A stretch of DNA of 64,000 bases, from the NCBI GenBank assembly GCA_050248855.1, contig JBFWRP010000012.1:1-64000 (forward strand), read 5' to 3'. Made by a program: the position numbers and the translations under genes. Under the pieces are notes generated by a model, which was given only the letters and a program-made list of their open reading frames with translations, was not told the origin of the DNA and made no database searches. Below are positions 14,219 through 25,300 of this stretch, piece by piece (positions within the stretch are counted from its first letter, which is position 1; every line of letters begins with the position of its first letter). This stretch comes from Planctomycetota bacterium. Its GTDB lineage: Bacteria; Planctomycetota; PLA2; JAEUHO01.

Positions 14219-16474
14219 CTACTTCACGCGTACCAGGACCACGTGCTCACGAGCCACGTCGCGCAGCGTGAGCCGGTGCTCGCCCTTCGCGCGCGTGGCC
14301 TCGGCGAACGCTTGCACGTTCCGCACGGGCTGGCCGTTGATCTCCGACAGGATCTGGTAGGGCTCGATGCCGGCGATGCCGGCTGGGCGGCCTTCCTCGA
14401 CCTCGGCAATCACGACGCCCGGAGCGTCGGCAGCCAGCCGGAAGTGCCGGCGTACCTCGTAGGTCAGGTCGCGAGCCGTGAGGCCCAGCTCCTCCGAGGT
14501 GGCATGGCGCGCCGCCTCGAAGTGCACGGGTCCCTCGGACAGCACGATGGGCTTCGCCTGCAGCGTCCCCTCGTGCAGCCACTCGAGCGTGCAGATGGAG
14601 CCGAGCTCCAGGCTGTTGAGGCCGCGGCTGATCGTGCCCTCGGCGACCGGCCAGGGGGGCCGCGAGGCACGACCGAACAGGTCCAAGTGCGAAACGGAGC
14701 GCCACGGTGCATCGTCGTCCGACGAGCTGCCCGCGCCTCCCAGCGCCAGCGGCGTCGGGCGCCCGGACGATCGCAGGCGGAGCAGGATGTCGCCGGTCCG
14801 GATGCCAAGCCGGTGGGCGGGAGACCCCTCGTAGACGTACGCCACCAGCGAGCCGACCTGTCCATCTTCGGTCAGGTGCGCCACGTCGTTGGCGCGCGCC
14901 AAGCGCTGGTCCAAGGACTGGAGCTCCACGCCCAGCCACGCCCTCCGGCCTTCCCTGTCGGCGGGCGCGGGGCGATTGGTCGCATCGACGTGTGCGTCGG
15001 GCTTGCGGGCCAAGTCGTCGAGGAAGTCGACCGGGACCATCTCGCACTCGGGGTCGCGCCACCGGGGTCGAACTCCATCTTCGCGGCGCTGCAGCGACAT
15101 GGCCACGAGCTCCCCGCCAGGCAGGAAGAGGAAGTGGCCCGCGATGTCCGCCGGGAAGTCCAGGCAGCGCGAGCCCGCGAAGCCGACCTCCATCTCGTGC
15201 GCGCGGACGTGGCCGAGAGTCTGCACGCGGCGGTCCGCGCGCTGCTCCACGCGGGCGGTGAACAGCAGGCGCCCGAGCAGGGCGCTGGTGCGCATGCTCT
15301 TGCGGGGCAGCGCACCTCGCAGCGGCGAGTCGGTGAGCGCCACGAAGGCCCCGTAGGCCCGCAGCGACCACCGGTGGCGAGCCGTCACGACCGCGCCGTC
15401 CGGCAGGTGGATCTCGATGGCTTCCAGGCGGGCGGTCATTCGGGGGAGCAGCTCCGCGAGCACCAGCACCTGCCCCGGGTCGATCAGCAGGCCCAAGGTG
15501 TCCATGTCGGTCACCGCCTCGGCGTCCTCGTCGCCGGATCGACGCAGGAAGTCCGGCGTGGCCTCGGTGGTTCGCGGCGGGCTCCGGAAGCGCAGGCGCA
15601 CGCGCAGGAGGCCGGTGCGAAGTGCGCGATCGAGGTCGGCACAGCCCGTGGCGTAGCTCACGTCCGTGAGGTGCCGCCAGCCCTGGGGCGAGCTCTTCCA
15701 ACCGCCCTGGAGGGGGACGTAGCGGCCGGCTGCGTAGCCCACGACCGATCCGTCCGTGGCGACGATGAGCCCGCGCCCGCCTGCATCCAGGACGTCTTCC
15801 CCGTCGTCGCGCATGTGGACCGACTCGAGGGCCGGCCCGACATGAAGGCCCCAACGCAATCCGTAGGAGTCGTAGGCCACGCGGTAGTAGGGCCCGGCCG
15901 CGTGGGCAATCGTCAGAGGCTCGATGCCCCGTGCCGGCGTGTCGAGACGAACGAGCACGCCGTCGACGGCATCCAGGTACCCGACGATCCGGCCGGGGAT
16001 CCTGGCGCGATCGGCCAGCTGGACCTCCAGGTGGCTGACGAAGCGGGGGTGCATCATCGGGTCTTCGATCACGGCGTGGCGCGCGTCGAGCAGCCAGCCC
16101 CCGTAGGCGCGCTGCCGCTCCTCGCGCAGGCCTTCCACGAGGCCGTCCGACGTACCGCCATGGGTCCCCAGGCTGGTCGGGGCGTCGCCGCCGTCGAATC
16201 CGACGTGCACGGTCACGCAGACGGCGCGATGACGCAGGGCCTTGCCGAGCGACGACGCCACCTGCCACGACCGGCGCGTGGGTGGCGGAGCAGCCGGTGC
16301 GGCAGGGGGCGCCTGCTTGGCCGCGGGCTGGGCCGTCGGCGTCGCCTCGGCCCGCTGGCGCGCGTCGTCGGCCCGACGCGCCACCGGGTCCTCGCGGGCC
16401 AGCAACACGCTCGCTGCGATGCCAAGGGCCCCGAGGGGCACGAGCAGCCAACGTCCAGGTCGGAGCTTCGCCAT
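14219..16474 (-). CDS. Secreted PDZ-domain protein with degenerate protease-like N-terminal region
   Basis: Signal/anchor at MAKLRPGRW...; PDZ motifs AWLGVELQ...VYEGSPAHRLGIRTGDIL and a second C-terminal PDZ; no GNSGG motif seen. Confidence 0.78.
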   Translation of the reverse strand: MAKLRPGRWLLVPLGALGIAASVLLAREDPVARRADDARQRAEATPTAQPAAKQAPPAAPAAPPPTRRSWQVASSLGKALRHRAVCVTVHVGFDGGDAPTSLGTHGGTSDGLVEGLREERQRAYGGWLLDARHAVIEDPMMHPRFVSHLEVQLADRARIPGRIVGYLDAVDGVLVRLDTPARGIEPLTIAHAAGPYYRVAYDSYGLRWGLHVGPALESVHMRDDGEDVLDAGGRGLIVATDGSVVGYAAGRYVPLQGGWKSSPQGWRHLTDVSYATGCADLDRALRTGLLRVRLRFRSPPRTTEATPDFLRRSGDEDAEAVTDMDTLGLLIDPGQVLVLAELLPRMTARLEAIEIHLPDGAVVTARHRWSLRAYGAFVALTDSPLRGALPRKSMRTSALLGRLLFTARVEQRADRRVQTLGHVRAHEMEVGFAGSRCLDFPADIAGHFLFLPGGELVAMSLQRREDGVRPRWRDPECEMVPVDFLDDLARKPDAHVDATNRPAPADREGRRAWLGVELQSLDQRLARANDVAHLTEDGQVGSLVAYVYEGSPAHRLGIRTGDILLRLRSSGRPTPLALGGAGSSSDDDAPWRSVSHLDLFGRASRPPWPVAEGTISRGLNSLELGSICTLEWLHEGTLQAKPIVLSEGPVHFEAARHATSEELGLTARDLTYEVRRHFRLAADAPGVVIAEVEEGRPAGIAGIEPYQILSEINGQPVRNVQAFAEATRAKGEHRLTLRDVAREHVVLVRVK

Positions 16475-16488
16475 CCCGTGGGCTCTCC

Positions 16489-17922
16489 CTACCGGCGCTC
16501 GTAGTCGCGACCGTAGTCCAAGACGACCTGCCACTGCAACCCGCTGCGGAGCACGGTCAGGAGCACCTCGTCGTGCTCCGGCAGCTTCTTGATCGCCGCC
16601 TCGTGCGCGGCCCGCAGCTCCTCCAGGGTGCGAACCTCCAGCTTGCCGACGCGCACGAGGATGTCGCCATGGCGCAGTCCCGCGGTCTCGGCGTTGCCCG
16701 GGTCCTTCACGCCGTACACGAAGACCCCCTGCTTGCGATGGAACCACATGTCCGGGTGTGCGAAGCGGTTGATCTGCTTCACGGAGAAGTCCCAGCGGAG
16801 CAGCTCCATCGCGTCGCCGTCGACGCGTCCTCGCTCCAGCACCTCCACGTCGATGGTCAGCTGCTCCCCGCCTCGTTCGACGGCCAGGCGTGCCGTGGTG
16901 GCGGTCGGCAGCAGCCCCAGCTTGCGTCGGAGTGCCGGGAGGTCCTCGCCCTGGCGGGCGGTCACGGGCATGCCATCGACCGCCACGAGGCGGTCGTTGG
17001 GCCGGAGCCCCGCGGCGCGGGCCGGGCTGTCGGGGTCGGTTCCCGCCACGATGACGCCCCGCGCGCCGCCGAAGGCCATGTTGCGCCGGAAGTCCTGCAG
17101 CGGCTGCAGCTGGAGGCCCATCCACGACCAGGGCACCCGACCGTGCTTGCGCAGGGGGCCGATGACGTCTGCGATCGTTGCGGCGGGGATGGCGAAGCCC
17201 ATGTCCCCGCCCGACCGCATGCCGCGCGCATTGAGGCCCACGACGCGCCCCTCGGTGTCGACCAGCGGGCCGCCCGAATTGCCTGGGCTGATCGAAGCAT
17301 CGGTCTGCAGCCAGACGCTGTACTCGCTGTCGTCCTCGAGCACGCGTTGCGTGCAGGACACGATGCCCAGCGACACGCTGCGCGACAGACCCCACGGCGC
17401 GCCCATGGCCATCACGAAGTCGCCCTCGACGAGGGTCGAGGAGTCGCCCAGAAGGGCGTGGGGGAAGGACGTCCCTTCGGGCGCGTCGATCCTGCAGAGC
17501 CCGACGTCCGTCGACTCGTCGGCACCGAGGATCCGCGCCTGGAAGGAGCGCCCGTCAAGCAGCATGCAGCGCACGTCGATCGCCTTGTCGATCACGTGCC
17601 AGTTGGTCAGGAACTCGCCGTTCCCGGAAACCAGGACACCGCTGCCGCCCACCTGGCTCGTCGTGCGCTTGCCCTCGTCGAGCTCTTCGCGGATGCACAC
17701 CACGTGGACGAGGGCAGGGAACACGCGGGTCTTGGCCCGTTGGATGACCTCCCGGAAATCGGCCGGTGTCCCGGGCCCCGCCAGCGCGGGCTCCTCCGCA
17801 TGCACGAGGTCGGGCCGCGTCCCCGCGGCGCAGAGGACCGCGACAAGGAGCAGTCCTCGTGCGTACACGCGCGCCTTCGCAGCGCCTCGGGTGGCCTTGC
17901 CCCTCGGAATGTCCCCCGGCAT
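16489..17922 (-). CDS. HtrA/DegP-family serine protease with two PDZ domains
   Basis: GSGV, LTNWHVI, DVGL and QTDASISPGNSGGPL catalytic motifs; two PDZ domains. Start uncertain. Confidence 0.92.
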   Translation of the reverse strand: MPGDIPRGKATRGAAKARVYARGLLLVAVLCAAGTRPDLVHAEEPALAGPGTPADFREVIQRAKTRVFPALVHVVCIREELDEGKRTTSQVGGSGVLVSGNGEFLTNWHVIDKAIDVRCMLLDGRSFQARILGADESTDVGLCRIDAPEGTSFPHALLGDSSTLVEGDFVMAMGAPWGLSRSVSLGIVSCTQRVLEDDSEYSVWLQTDASISPGNSGGPLVDTEGRVVGLNARGMRSGGDMGFAIPAATIADVIGPLRKHGRVPWSWMGLQLQPLQDFRRNMAFGGARGVIVAGTDPDSPARAAGLRPNDRLVAVDGMPVTARQGEDLPALRRKLGLLPTATTARLAVERGGEQLTIDVEVLERGRVDGDAMELLRWDFSVKQINRFAHPDMWFHRKQGVFVYGVKDPGNAETAGLRHGDILVRVGKLEVRTLEELRAAHEAAIKKLPEHDEVLLTVLRSGLQWQVVLDYGRDYERR

Positions 17923-18141
17923 GTCGCTCCTCCGTGGCAAGGCTTGCGCGATGGTAGCCCGATGACGGGGTCGGCTGCTCCGGTCCTGGCTCCATGCGAG
18001 AGGCCCTCCTGCTGCGACCATCGGGTCGCTCGCTGCGCCACGGTCCATCTCGCATCCGGATCCGCTGCGCTCGGGAGACCTCCTCCGGACAGGGGACGAG
18101 GTCGGCCAGCTCCCGGGCCAACACGACGGTCGCGGCGCCGC

Positions 18142-19149
18142 TCAGGCCTCGCTGACGTTGCCGTTGCGACGCCAGGCGCCCGGGGTGACGCCGACGAGGC
18201 GCTTGAAGGCACGCGTGAATGCGGCCTCGCTCTCGTAGCCGACGTCTTGCGCAACCGCTGCGACCTTGGCCGCCGTGTCGCGCAGCCGGCGGGCCGCCAG
18301 CTGCATCCGCCACTGCGCCAGGTACTGGATCGGCGGGATCCCCACGAGCTGCGTGAAGCGTTCGTGCAGGGTGGAGCGGGACACGCGTGCGTCGTCCGCG
18401 AGCGCGTCCAGCGTCCACGGCTCCGCCGGTCGGCCGTGTAGCCGCGCCAGCACGGCGCCCACCACGGGATCCCGCAATCCGGCGAGCCAACCGGTGCGGT
18501 CCTCGGGCAAGCCCTCCACGTGCCGTCGCAGCGCCTCGAGGAACAGCATCTCGCTCATGCGCTCGAGCACGGCTTCGCTGCCAGGACGGCGTCGGCTCGA
18601 CTCGCGTACGGCCGTGGTGAGGAGCGAGCTGACCCAGGAGCCCTCTTCGGCCGCGCCCTCCAGCACGAGCAGGCGCGGCAGGGCCTCGAGCAGCGGGTTG
18701 AAGGGGCGCGCATCGCAGCCGAGGAATCCGCAGATCACGCGCGTCGTGGCGCCCGTGCCGCCTTCGAGGCGCACGCGGGCCTGTCCCGCGGCGTCCACCG
18801 TGACCGGCCACGGTGGGGGACCCGGCGGTGGGGGCGCCACGTGCGTGGCAGCGTCCGGTGCCCGAAGGCCCGGAGCGCTCGACATCACGTGCGCATCGCC
18901 ACGCGGGAACAACACGACGTCGCCGGCCTCGAGCCGCACGGGGGGGTGGCCGTCCATGGCGGCCCAGCAGGCGCCGCGGACGACGCCGTGGAACTCGATC
19001 AGGTGCTCGGCCCCGGGAATCGCCTCGGGCAGCAGCTCGCTGGCGGGGCGGGCCTCGGCCACCCACGGGTGACTGGCCTCCACGTCGTAGAAGAGGGCGC
19101 CGCGCAGGCGAACGGCGCGCAACAGGTCCGAGAGCACGTCCGCGGGCAC
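18142..19149 (-). CDS. AraC-family transcriptional regulator (cupin + HTH)
   Basis: DVLSDLLRAVRL N-terminus; PWTLDALA...SRS...F and VGYESEAAFTRAFKR HTH motifs. Confidence 0.95.
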   Translation of the reverse strand: MPADVLSDLLRAVRLRGALFYDVEASHPWVAEARPASELLPEAIPGAEHLIEFHGVVRGACWAAMDGHPPVRLEAGDVVLFPRGDAHVMSSAPGLRAPDAATHVAPPPPGPPPWPVTVDAAGQARVRLEGGTGATTRVICGFLGCDARPFNPLLEALPRLLVLEGAAEEGSWVSSLLTTAVRESSRRRPGSEAVLERMSEMLFLEALRRHVEGLPEDRTGWLAGLRDPVVGAVLARLHGRPAEPWTLDALADDARVSRSTLHERFTQLVGIPPIQYLAQWRMQLAARRLRDTAAKVAAVAQDVGYESEAAFTRAFKRLVGVTPGAWRRNGNVSEA

Positions 19150-19329
19150 GTCGGGATGCTACGGGCGCCGAGCTCCGTTTCGAAAGGCCCCCGGCGGCGT
19201 CGCCCGCGTCTCCGTCCCCCGTCGGACGATCGGGCAAGGGATCGGGACGCGCGGCGTCCTGCCCGCCGGGTGGGCAAGGGAGGGTGGCGAGCCCCGTCGG
19301 GGACATTCCCGACGCCACCCGGAGTCCCC

Positions 19330-20163
19330 ATGTCCACCTCCTCCTCTCCTGCAACCGTTCCTTCGCCCTCGCTGGATGCCGTGAAGGCCCGCCAACGGGT
19401 CATGTGGGCGTCGGGCAGCTACGGCCAGATCGGGACGCGCCTGCAGATCGTGGGCGAGACGCTCTGCGAAGCCGCCGACGTCCGCTCCGGCGAGCACGTG
19501 CTGGACGTCGCCGCCGGCAACGGCAACGCCTCGCTGGCCGCCGCGCGGCGCTTCGCGCACGTGGTGTCCACCGACTACGTACCCGAGCTGCTCGAGCAGG
19601 GGCGCGCCCGGGCGGCGGCCGACGGACTCGACGTCGCCTTCCTGGAGGCGGACGCGGAGCGGCTGCCCTTCGCCGACGCGTCTTTCGACGTGGTCGTCTC
19701 CACGTTCGGCGTGATGTTCGCCCCCGACCAGGCTCGCGCGGCCGCCGAGCTCCTGCGCGTCGTGCGGCCCGGTGGTCGCATCGCGCTGGCGTCGTGGACG
19801 CCGCAGGGCTTCGTCGGCGAGCTGTTGCGCACGGTGTCCAAGCACGTGGCCCCGCCCGCCGGCGTGCGTCCACCGACCCTGTGGGGCACGGAGCCCTTCG
19901 TGGTGGAACACTTCGGGCCCAAGGCCCTGGAGCTTCGCTCGGCGCGTCGCAGCTACGCGTTCCGCTTCGCCTCCGCAACGCACTGGATCGACTGCTTCCG
20001 CACGTGGTACGGGCCGACGCTGAAGGCCTACGAGGTCCTTCCGCCCGACGGGCGCGAGCGCCTTACCCACGACCTGGGCGAGCTGCTCGGCCGCCACGAT
20101 GTCGGCGCCGGTCGCGGCCTCGTCGTCCCGTCGGAGTACCTCGAGACCATCATCAGCCTCTGA
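19330..20163 (+). CDS. Class I SAM-dependent methyltransferase
   Basis: VLDVAAGNGN, ADAERLPFADASFDVV and ELLRVVRPGG motifs; GGAG RBS before ATG 19330; divergent from the AraC gene. Confidence 0.93.
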   Translation: MSTSSSPATVPSPSLDAVKARQRVMWASGSYGQIGTRLQIVGETLCEAADVRSGEHVLDVAAGNGNASLAAARRFAHVVSTDYVPELLEQGRARAAADGLDVAFLEADAERLPFADASFDVVVSTFGVMFAPDQARAAAELLRVVRPGGRIALASWTPQGFVGELLRTVSKHVAPPAGVRPPTLWGTEPFVVEHFGPKALELRSARRSYAFRFASATHWIDCFRTWYGPTLKAYEVLPPDGRERLTHDLGELLGRHDVGAGRGLVVPSEYLETIISL

Positions 20164-20242
20164 GGTACCCACCCGCGTGCCCCGGGGTCCGCAGCCGCGA
20201 CGGCGCCCGCGGGGTCAGCGGTCGGCGTACCATCTCGGCGCC

Positions 20243-22327
20243 ATGTGGGGTCGGAGGTCCGTGCACGCGCTCCTGCTCGCGGTCGCGACCGCGTGTGCGT
20301 GCGCGTTGTCGGGAGTGGCCACGGCCTCCGAGATGGAAGTGGCCCGGTGTCCCGAGCTGGGGATGACGCTTCTGCGCCCCGGCTGGCGGTGGACGTTGCT
20401 TGACCGCGAGTCGGCGTCGCAGCTCCTGCCCAATGCCGTCCTCGGAGCCATCGGGCCCGCTGGGCAGTCGGTGTTGGTGCTCGTCGATGCGGAGCCCGGC
20501 ATCGAGCTGGAGGACTTCGCTCGCGTGCAGCTGACCTCGGCGCCCGGGGCGACGTCGGCCACCGACGCCGTGGCCACGGTCACGTACGCCGGTCGCCCCG
20601 CGGTGCGGCTCCGGATCGCCTATCGCCTGGGTGCCGTGTGGATGGACGAGGAGGACCTGTCCTTCCGCCACGCGGGCCAGATCGTGCACATCAAGGCCCA
20701 AGTGCCGCGCGCCCCGCCGCCGGCATGGACCCTCGCACGTGGTGGGGCCGGCGTCCCCACGGACTTCGATGCGGTGTTCGGCGCCTTCCATGCGGCGCTC
20801 TCCGTCGACGAGGTCGCCTCCGACGTGCCGCGTATCCAACCACCCGCGCGGGACCACCGCGGTGTGGGGTGGCGCGTGCGAGACGGCGTGTTCGAGCACG
20901 CCTTCGCGGGCGTGCGCTTGCCGATCGACCCCGCGTGGAGCGTGCTTCCGGCGGCCGCTGCCCTCCGCGTCGACGAAGACGCCGAGCTCGTCCTCCTGCA
21001 TCGCGAGACGGGTGCCGTGCTCGTCTGGCTCCACGACATGGACGTCGGCGTGCCGGAGGAGGTCCACCGGGACGCCGTTCTCCGCATGCTCCGGCAGGCC
21101 AATACGGGAAGCGGGCCGGGGCCGCGGCGGGAGGCGCGGCTGCTCGGCGATTCCCTCACGTTCGTGACGTGCTCGCTCGGCGGCCCATGGCCGCGGGAGA
21201 TCAGCTGCGCCGTGTGTCGGCGGGGACCGCACATCGTCGTGCTCCGCGCGATCGCACCCGTGCAGGCGATCGCGCCTGCGTGGGAGGCACTGACCGACCT
21301 CTTGGCGTCGGCGGAGTCCGTGGACGAGCCCGCACGGCGGCAGCTCGCGGACGAGCTCGCAGCCGGTCCCGATCCCGACGAGCGCATCGACGCCCGGGCC
21401 TGCGTTCGCGAGGGCGTCTGGTCGCACTTCGGCCAGGGACTGCGATGGACGAAGCCTTCGTCGACGTGGCGCATCCGCACGGTGTCGGTCCTGGAGTCGC
21501 TGCTTGCCGTCCGCGATCTCGCCACGGGTGTCGTGGCCCGGCTCCAGGCCCTTCCGCCTCCCGCGCGGGGACCGCTCGCGAGCTACACGCCATCCCCCCT
21601 GGACTGGCACCAGACCGTTCTCGCGCGAGCAGGCATCGAGGGGCGTGCCGTCCGCTCGTCGATGCCGCTCCCGATGGCGGGGAACGAGGCGCTGTTCAGC
21701 AGCTGGGTCGTGGAGTTTGCTCCGGGCGGCGACCTGGTCGTGGCGCTCGGGACGCTTCCGTGGGAGGGCGGCTGCCTCCTCCTGCACGTCGTCGGGCCCG
21801 TGGCCGGTGGTGAAGCCGCCGACGATGCGATGGGTGCGATCGTCGGGGCCTTCGCCGCCTTGCCGGACGGTCTCGCGGAACAGCAGGTCAGCGTTCGCCG
21901 TGTCGTGGACCCACGGCTCGGCGTCTCGTTCCGCGTCCCCGGCGACGATTGGATCGTGCGCGACGAGACGCCCGCGCCGCTCGTCGCGCGCGGCGGCCTG
22001 CTTCACGCACTCGGTCCGCAACAAGACGCGGTCGTCGCCGTGCTCTTCGCCGAGGGCAGCGCCGCGGTCGCGCGCGAAGCCCTCGTGCCGGAGATCCGGC
22101 GCAACCTCGGGACCCTCTTCCTGAGCGCGCACGAGCTCCCGTCGCGGGCAGGCCAGCTGCTGGGGCTCGAGGCCACCTGCCACGCCTGGCGCCTGGGCGA
22201 GGCCCGCGCCGATCTCTGGCTGGCTCGCTCCGGCGAGCTCATCTACGCACTGTGCGTCACGACGCGACTCGATGGGTCGGGGGTGACGATCGAGCAGGTC
22301 GCGCCGCTCCTCGAGTGGGTGCGCTAG
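20243..22327 (+). CDS. Hypothetical secreted protein with repeated PsbP/DcrB-like modules
   Basis: Signal peptide; about four repeats of a G.(R/S)...P...W start motif. Domain call is tentative. Confidence 0.6.
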   Translation: MWGRRSVHALLLAVATACACALSGVATASEMEVARCPELGMTLLRPGWRWTLLDRESASQLLPNAVLGAIGPAGQSVLVLVDAEPGIELEDFARVQLTSAPGATSATDAVATVTYAGRPAVRLRIAYRLGAVWMDEEDLSFRHAGQIVHIKAQVPRAPPPAWTLARGGAGVPTDFDAVFGAFHAALSVDEVASDVPRIQPPARDHRGVGWRVRDGVFEHAFAGVRLPIDPAWSVLPAAAALRVDEDAELVLLHRETGAVLVWLHDMDVGVPEEVHRDAVLRMLRQANTGSGPGPRREARLLGDSLTFVTCSLGGPWPREISCAVCRRGPHIVVLRAIAPVQAIAPAWEALTDLLASAESVDEPARRQLADELAAGPDPDERIDARACVREGVWSHFGQGLRWTKPSSTWRIRTVSVLESLLAVRDLATGVVARLQALPPPARGPLASYTPSPLDWHQTVLARAGIEGRAVRSSMPLPMAGNEALFSSWVVEFAPGGDLVVALGTLPWEGGCLLLHVVGPVAGGEAADDAMGAIVGAFAALPDGLAEQQVSVRRVVDPRLGVSFRVPGDDWIVRDETPAPLVARGGLLHALGPQQDAVVAVLFAEGSAAVAREALVPEIRRNLGTLFLSAHELPSRAGQLLGLEATCHAWRLGEARADLWLARSGELIYALCVTTRLDGSGVTIEQVAPLLEWVR

Positions 22328-22336
22328 GGCGGGCCC

Positions 22337-25300
22337 GTGACGTCCCCGCCTGCCCCCGGCCCGACACCCAAGCCGCCGTTCGTGGCGTTCCTCAGCTACC
22401 GCCACGCGGACGCCGATCGCGCGTGGGCTCGCTGGCTGGTCCGGCGCATCGAGGGCTACAAGGTCCCGCGCCACCTGGGCCTCGGTCGCCGCCGGCTGGG
22501 CAGGGTGTTCCGCGATGACGACGAGCTCGGTGCGTCGTCCGACCTGAGCGCCGCCATCGTCGACGCGCTGGAGCGCAGCGAGAACCTCGTGGTGATCTGT
22601 TCGCCGCGTACGCCCGAGTCCCGTTGGGTCGATCGCGAGATCGAGCAGTTCCACGCCTTGGGCAAGGGCGATCGCATCGTCGCCTTCCTCGGCGAGGGCT
22701 CGCCCCGGGAGAGCTTCCCGGCCGCGCTTCGGGAGCTGCAGCGCGAGCCGCTGGCGGCCGACGCACGGGCGCGTGCGGGCCTGTCGGCGCGCCGAGCGCG
22801 CGAGAACGCGCTGCTGCGCGTGCTCGCACGTCTCATCGGCTGCGAGTACGACGATCTGCGGCAACGCGAGCAGCAGCGGCGGCAGCGATTCTGGCGTGCG
22901 GTCGCCCTCTCGGCGTCGGCCCTGGTGCTGGTCCTGGTCGGTCTCACCGTCCTGGCCGTGAAGAGCCGCAACGAGGCGCGGTACGAGCGCGACCGCGCGC
23001 TCGCCCTGGGTCTGGCCCAGGCCGCCACCGCGGCGAGCGAACGCGATGCGCAGCTGGCCACGCTTCTCGCGCGGCGGGCCGTGGCGCTCCACGATGCGCC
23101 CGACACGCGGACGTGCCTGCGTCAGGCGCTGGCCGCGCCCGGTGTGCGTTGGCGGTTGCCCACGTCCGGCACGTACCTGGGCGTGGCGTGGTCGCCCGGC
23201 GGGGATCGCGCGATCGTGCACGAGCTCGGCGGACGCGTCCGCGTGCTGGATGCGGACGGCGCCGTACTGGCCGACTTCGTCGGTGCCCGGGTCAGCGGGC
23301 CGCCCCTCTTCGCGCCGGACGGCTCGTTTGCCCTCGTCGCCGGGGACGAGGGCAGCCTGTTGCGGATCTCGCCGGAGGGCGCCATCGAGGCCAGGGCCAC
23401 GCCGACGGCGGGCGAGGAGCTGGACCACGTCCGCATCGACGAGGGCGGCGCAGCGGTCTGGGTGCGCGATGGTGACCTCGTGCGTCGCTTGGACGCGCAG
23501 CTGGTGGAGACGGCGCGCATCGAGGTCGGCGAGCGCGGCGTGCGTTCGTTCCTGCCTATCCCGGACGGCGAGCACGTGATCGTGCTTGCCAAGAACGGAC
23601 ACGTCCTGCGCCTGCCGTTCGGGGAGGAGGCTCCGTTCCTCGCGGAGCTGCCCTCCTGGGGAGCGAGCACGATGACGTGGGAGGTGCCGGGCCGCTCGTT
23701 CCTCGTGGCGGACCCGGGTCTCTACCCCGCCCATCGCGTGGACCTCACGACCCAGCCGCCCCACGTCGAGGAGCTGCCTTCCGCCACGGTCGCCGTACCC
23801 CTCCACGCCCGTCGTGGCGTCGTGCGCGAGGGCGCGCTCGAGGTGCACGAGCAGGACGGCACGCTGCGGGCGAGCCGCGCCGCCGGTCGTGCACGGCGTG
23901 TGGTGCTCGATGCGGGCGGCCGTGTCGTCGTGGCCCTGGCCGACGGGGATGTGGTGACGCTGGATGCTGTCAGCGGAGCGGGCGCGACGTGGAGCGGGGC
24001 GCGCGCGACCAAGCCGTTGGAGGTCGCCTCCACCCGCGGCGGCACGCGCCTGCTCCTCGCGACCGGCCAGGAGGGGCTCTGGTGCGTCGATCTGTCGCAT
24101 GGCGAGCTCGGGGCGCACGTCGCACCGACGCCCATGCTCTGGTCCGACGGCGGTCCCTCGTTCCTGGCCTTGGCCGGCTCTGCCGTCCAGCGCGTCGACA
24201 CCGCCGGTCGCGTGCTGCGCATCTACCGCATGCCCGGCCGCCTCGTGCGCGCAGCGGTCGAGAGCACGGATGGCACGTCCGTCGCCGTGGGCTACGCCGA
24301 CGGGACCTGTTGCGTGTGGCACGGGGACGGGCACCAGATCGCCGACGTGGACTTGGCGATCGGCGCGATCACGGCCCTGCGTGCGCATCCAGCGGGCGGC
24401 TGGATCGTCGCCGGCGAGGTGGGCGCAGCACGCCTTCTCGCAGCCGACGGAAGCGCGGGGCGACGACTCGGGGGGCACGTCGGCGCGCTCACGCACCTCG
24501 CAGTCGCGGGGAGTGGTGCTCGCGTGCTCACGGGCACGGAGGGGGAGCAGGTACGTCTCTGGCAGGGGGATGGCACGCCGCTGACGCTGCTTCACCTGGG
24601 TGGCGACCGCGTGCGCTTTGCCGATTTCCTCACGGGCTCCGACGGTGTCGCGCTCGTGGGTGCCTCGCGAGCGCGACTGTTCGATGCCGAGGGCAACGTG
24701 ATCGCCTTCCTCGAGGCTGGCCAGGAGACGTTCGAGGGAGCGGTCCCCACGCCCGACGGCCGCCTGCTCGTGTACGGAACGCGCGTGCGCGTCCTCGGTC
24801 CCGCCGGAGACAGCCGGCTGCTCCCCTCCCCGTCGGTGGCGGGCGCCCGGTTGGCGCCGGGCGGCGGGCGAGCGCTGCTCTGGACACCGGGCCCGTTCGC
24901 AGACGTCCTCGACATGGTCCACGGCGGCATCCGACCGCTGGGGGGACACGCGGGCCGTGTCACGGCGGCCGCGTTCCTCCCCGGGGGGGCGGGCTTGGCC
25001 ACGGGGACGTCGCTCGGCGCCGCGCATCTCTGGAGCGACGAAGGTGCGCTCCGCGCCGTCCTCGAGCTGGGCGAGGCGCCGGTCCGCGAGCTGCTGCCCG
25101 ATCCGACGGGGCGTCATCTGCTCGTGCGCGACGACCTGGGCATGCTCCGGCACGTCCTGCTCGACGATCGGGACGTGGACGAGCTCGCGGCGCGGCGTGG
25201 CCGCCGGGAGCTCACCTGGGCGGAACGCGTCGCCTACCAGGATCTCCTGGGCGACCCGGGGCCGGATCCCACGCCCGCACGCATCGCGGAGGCCGTCGAG

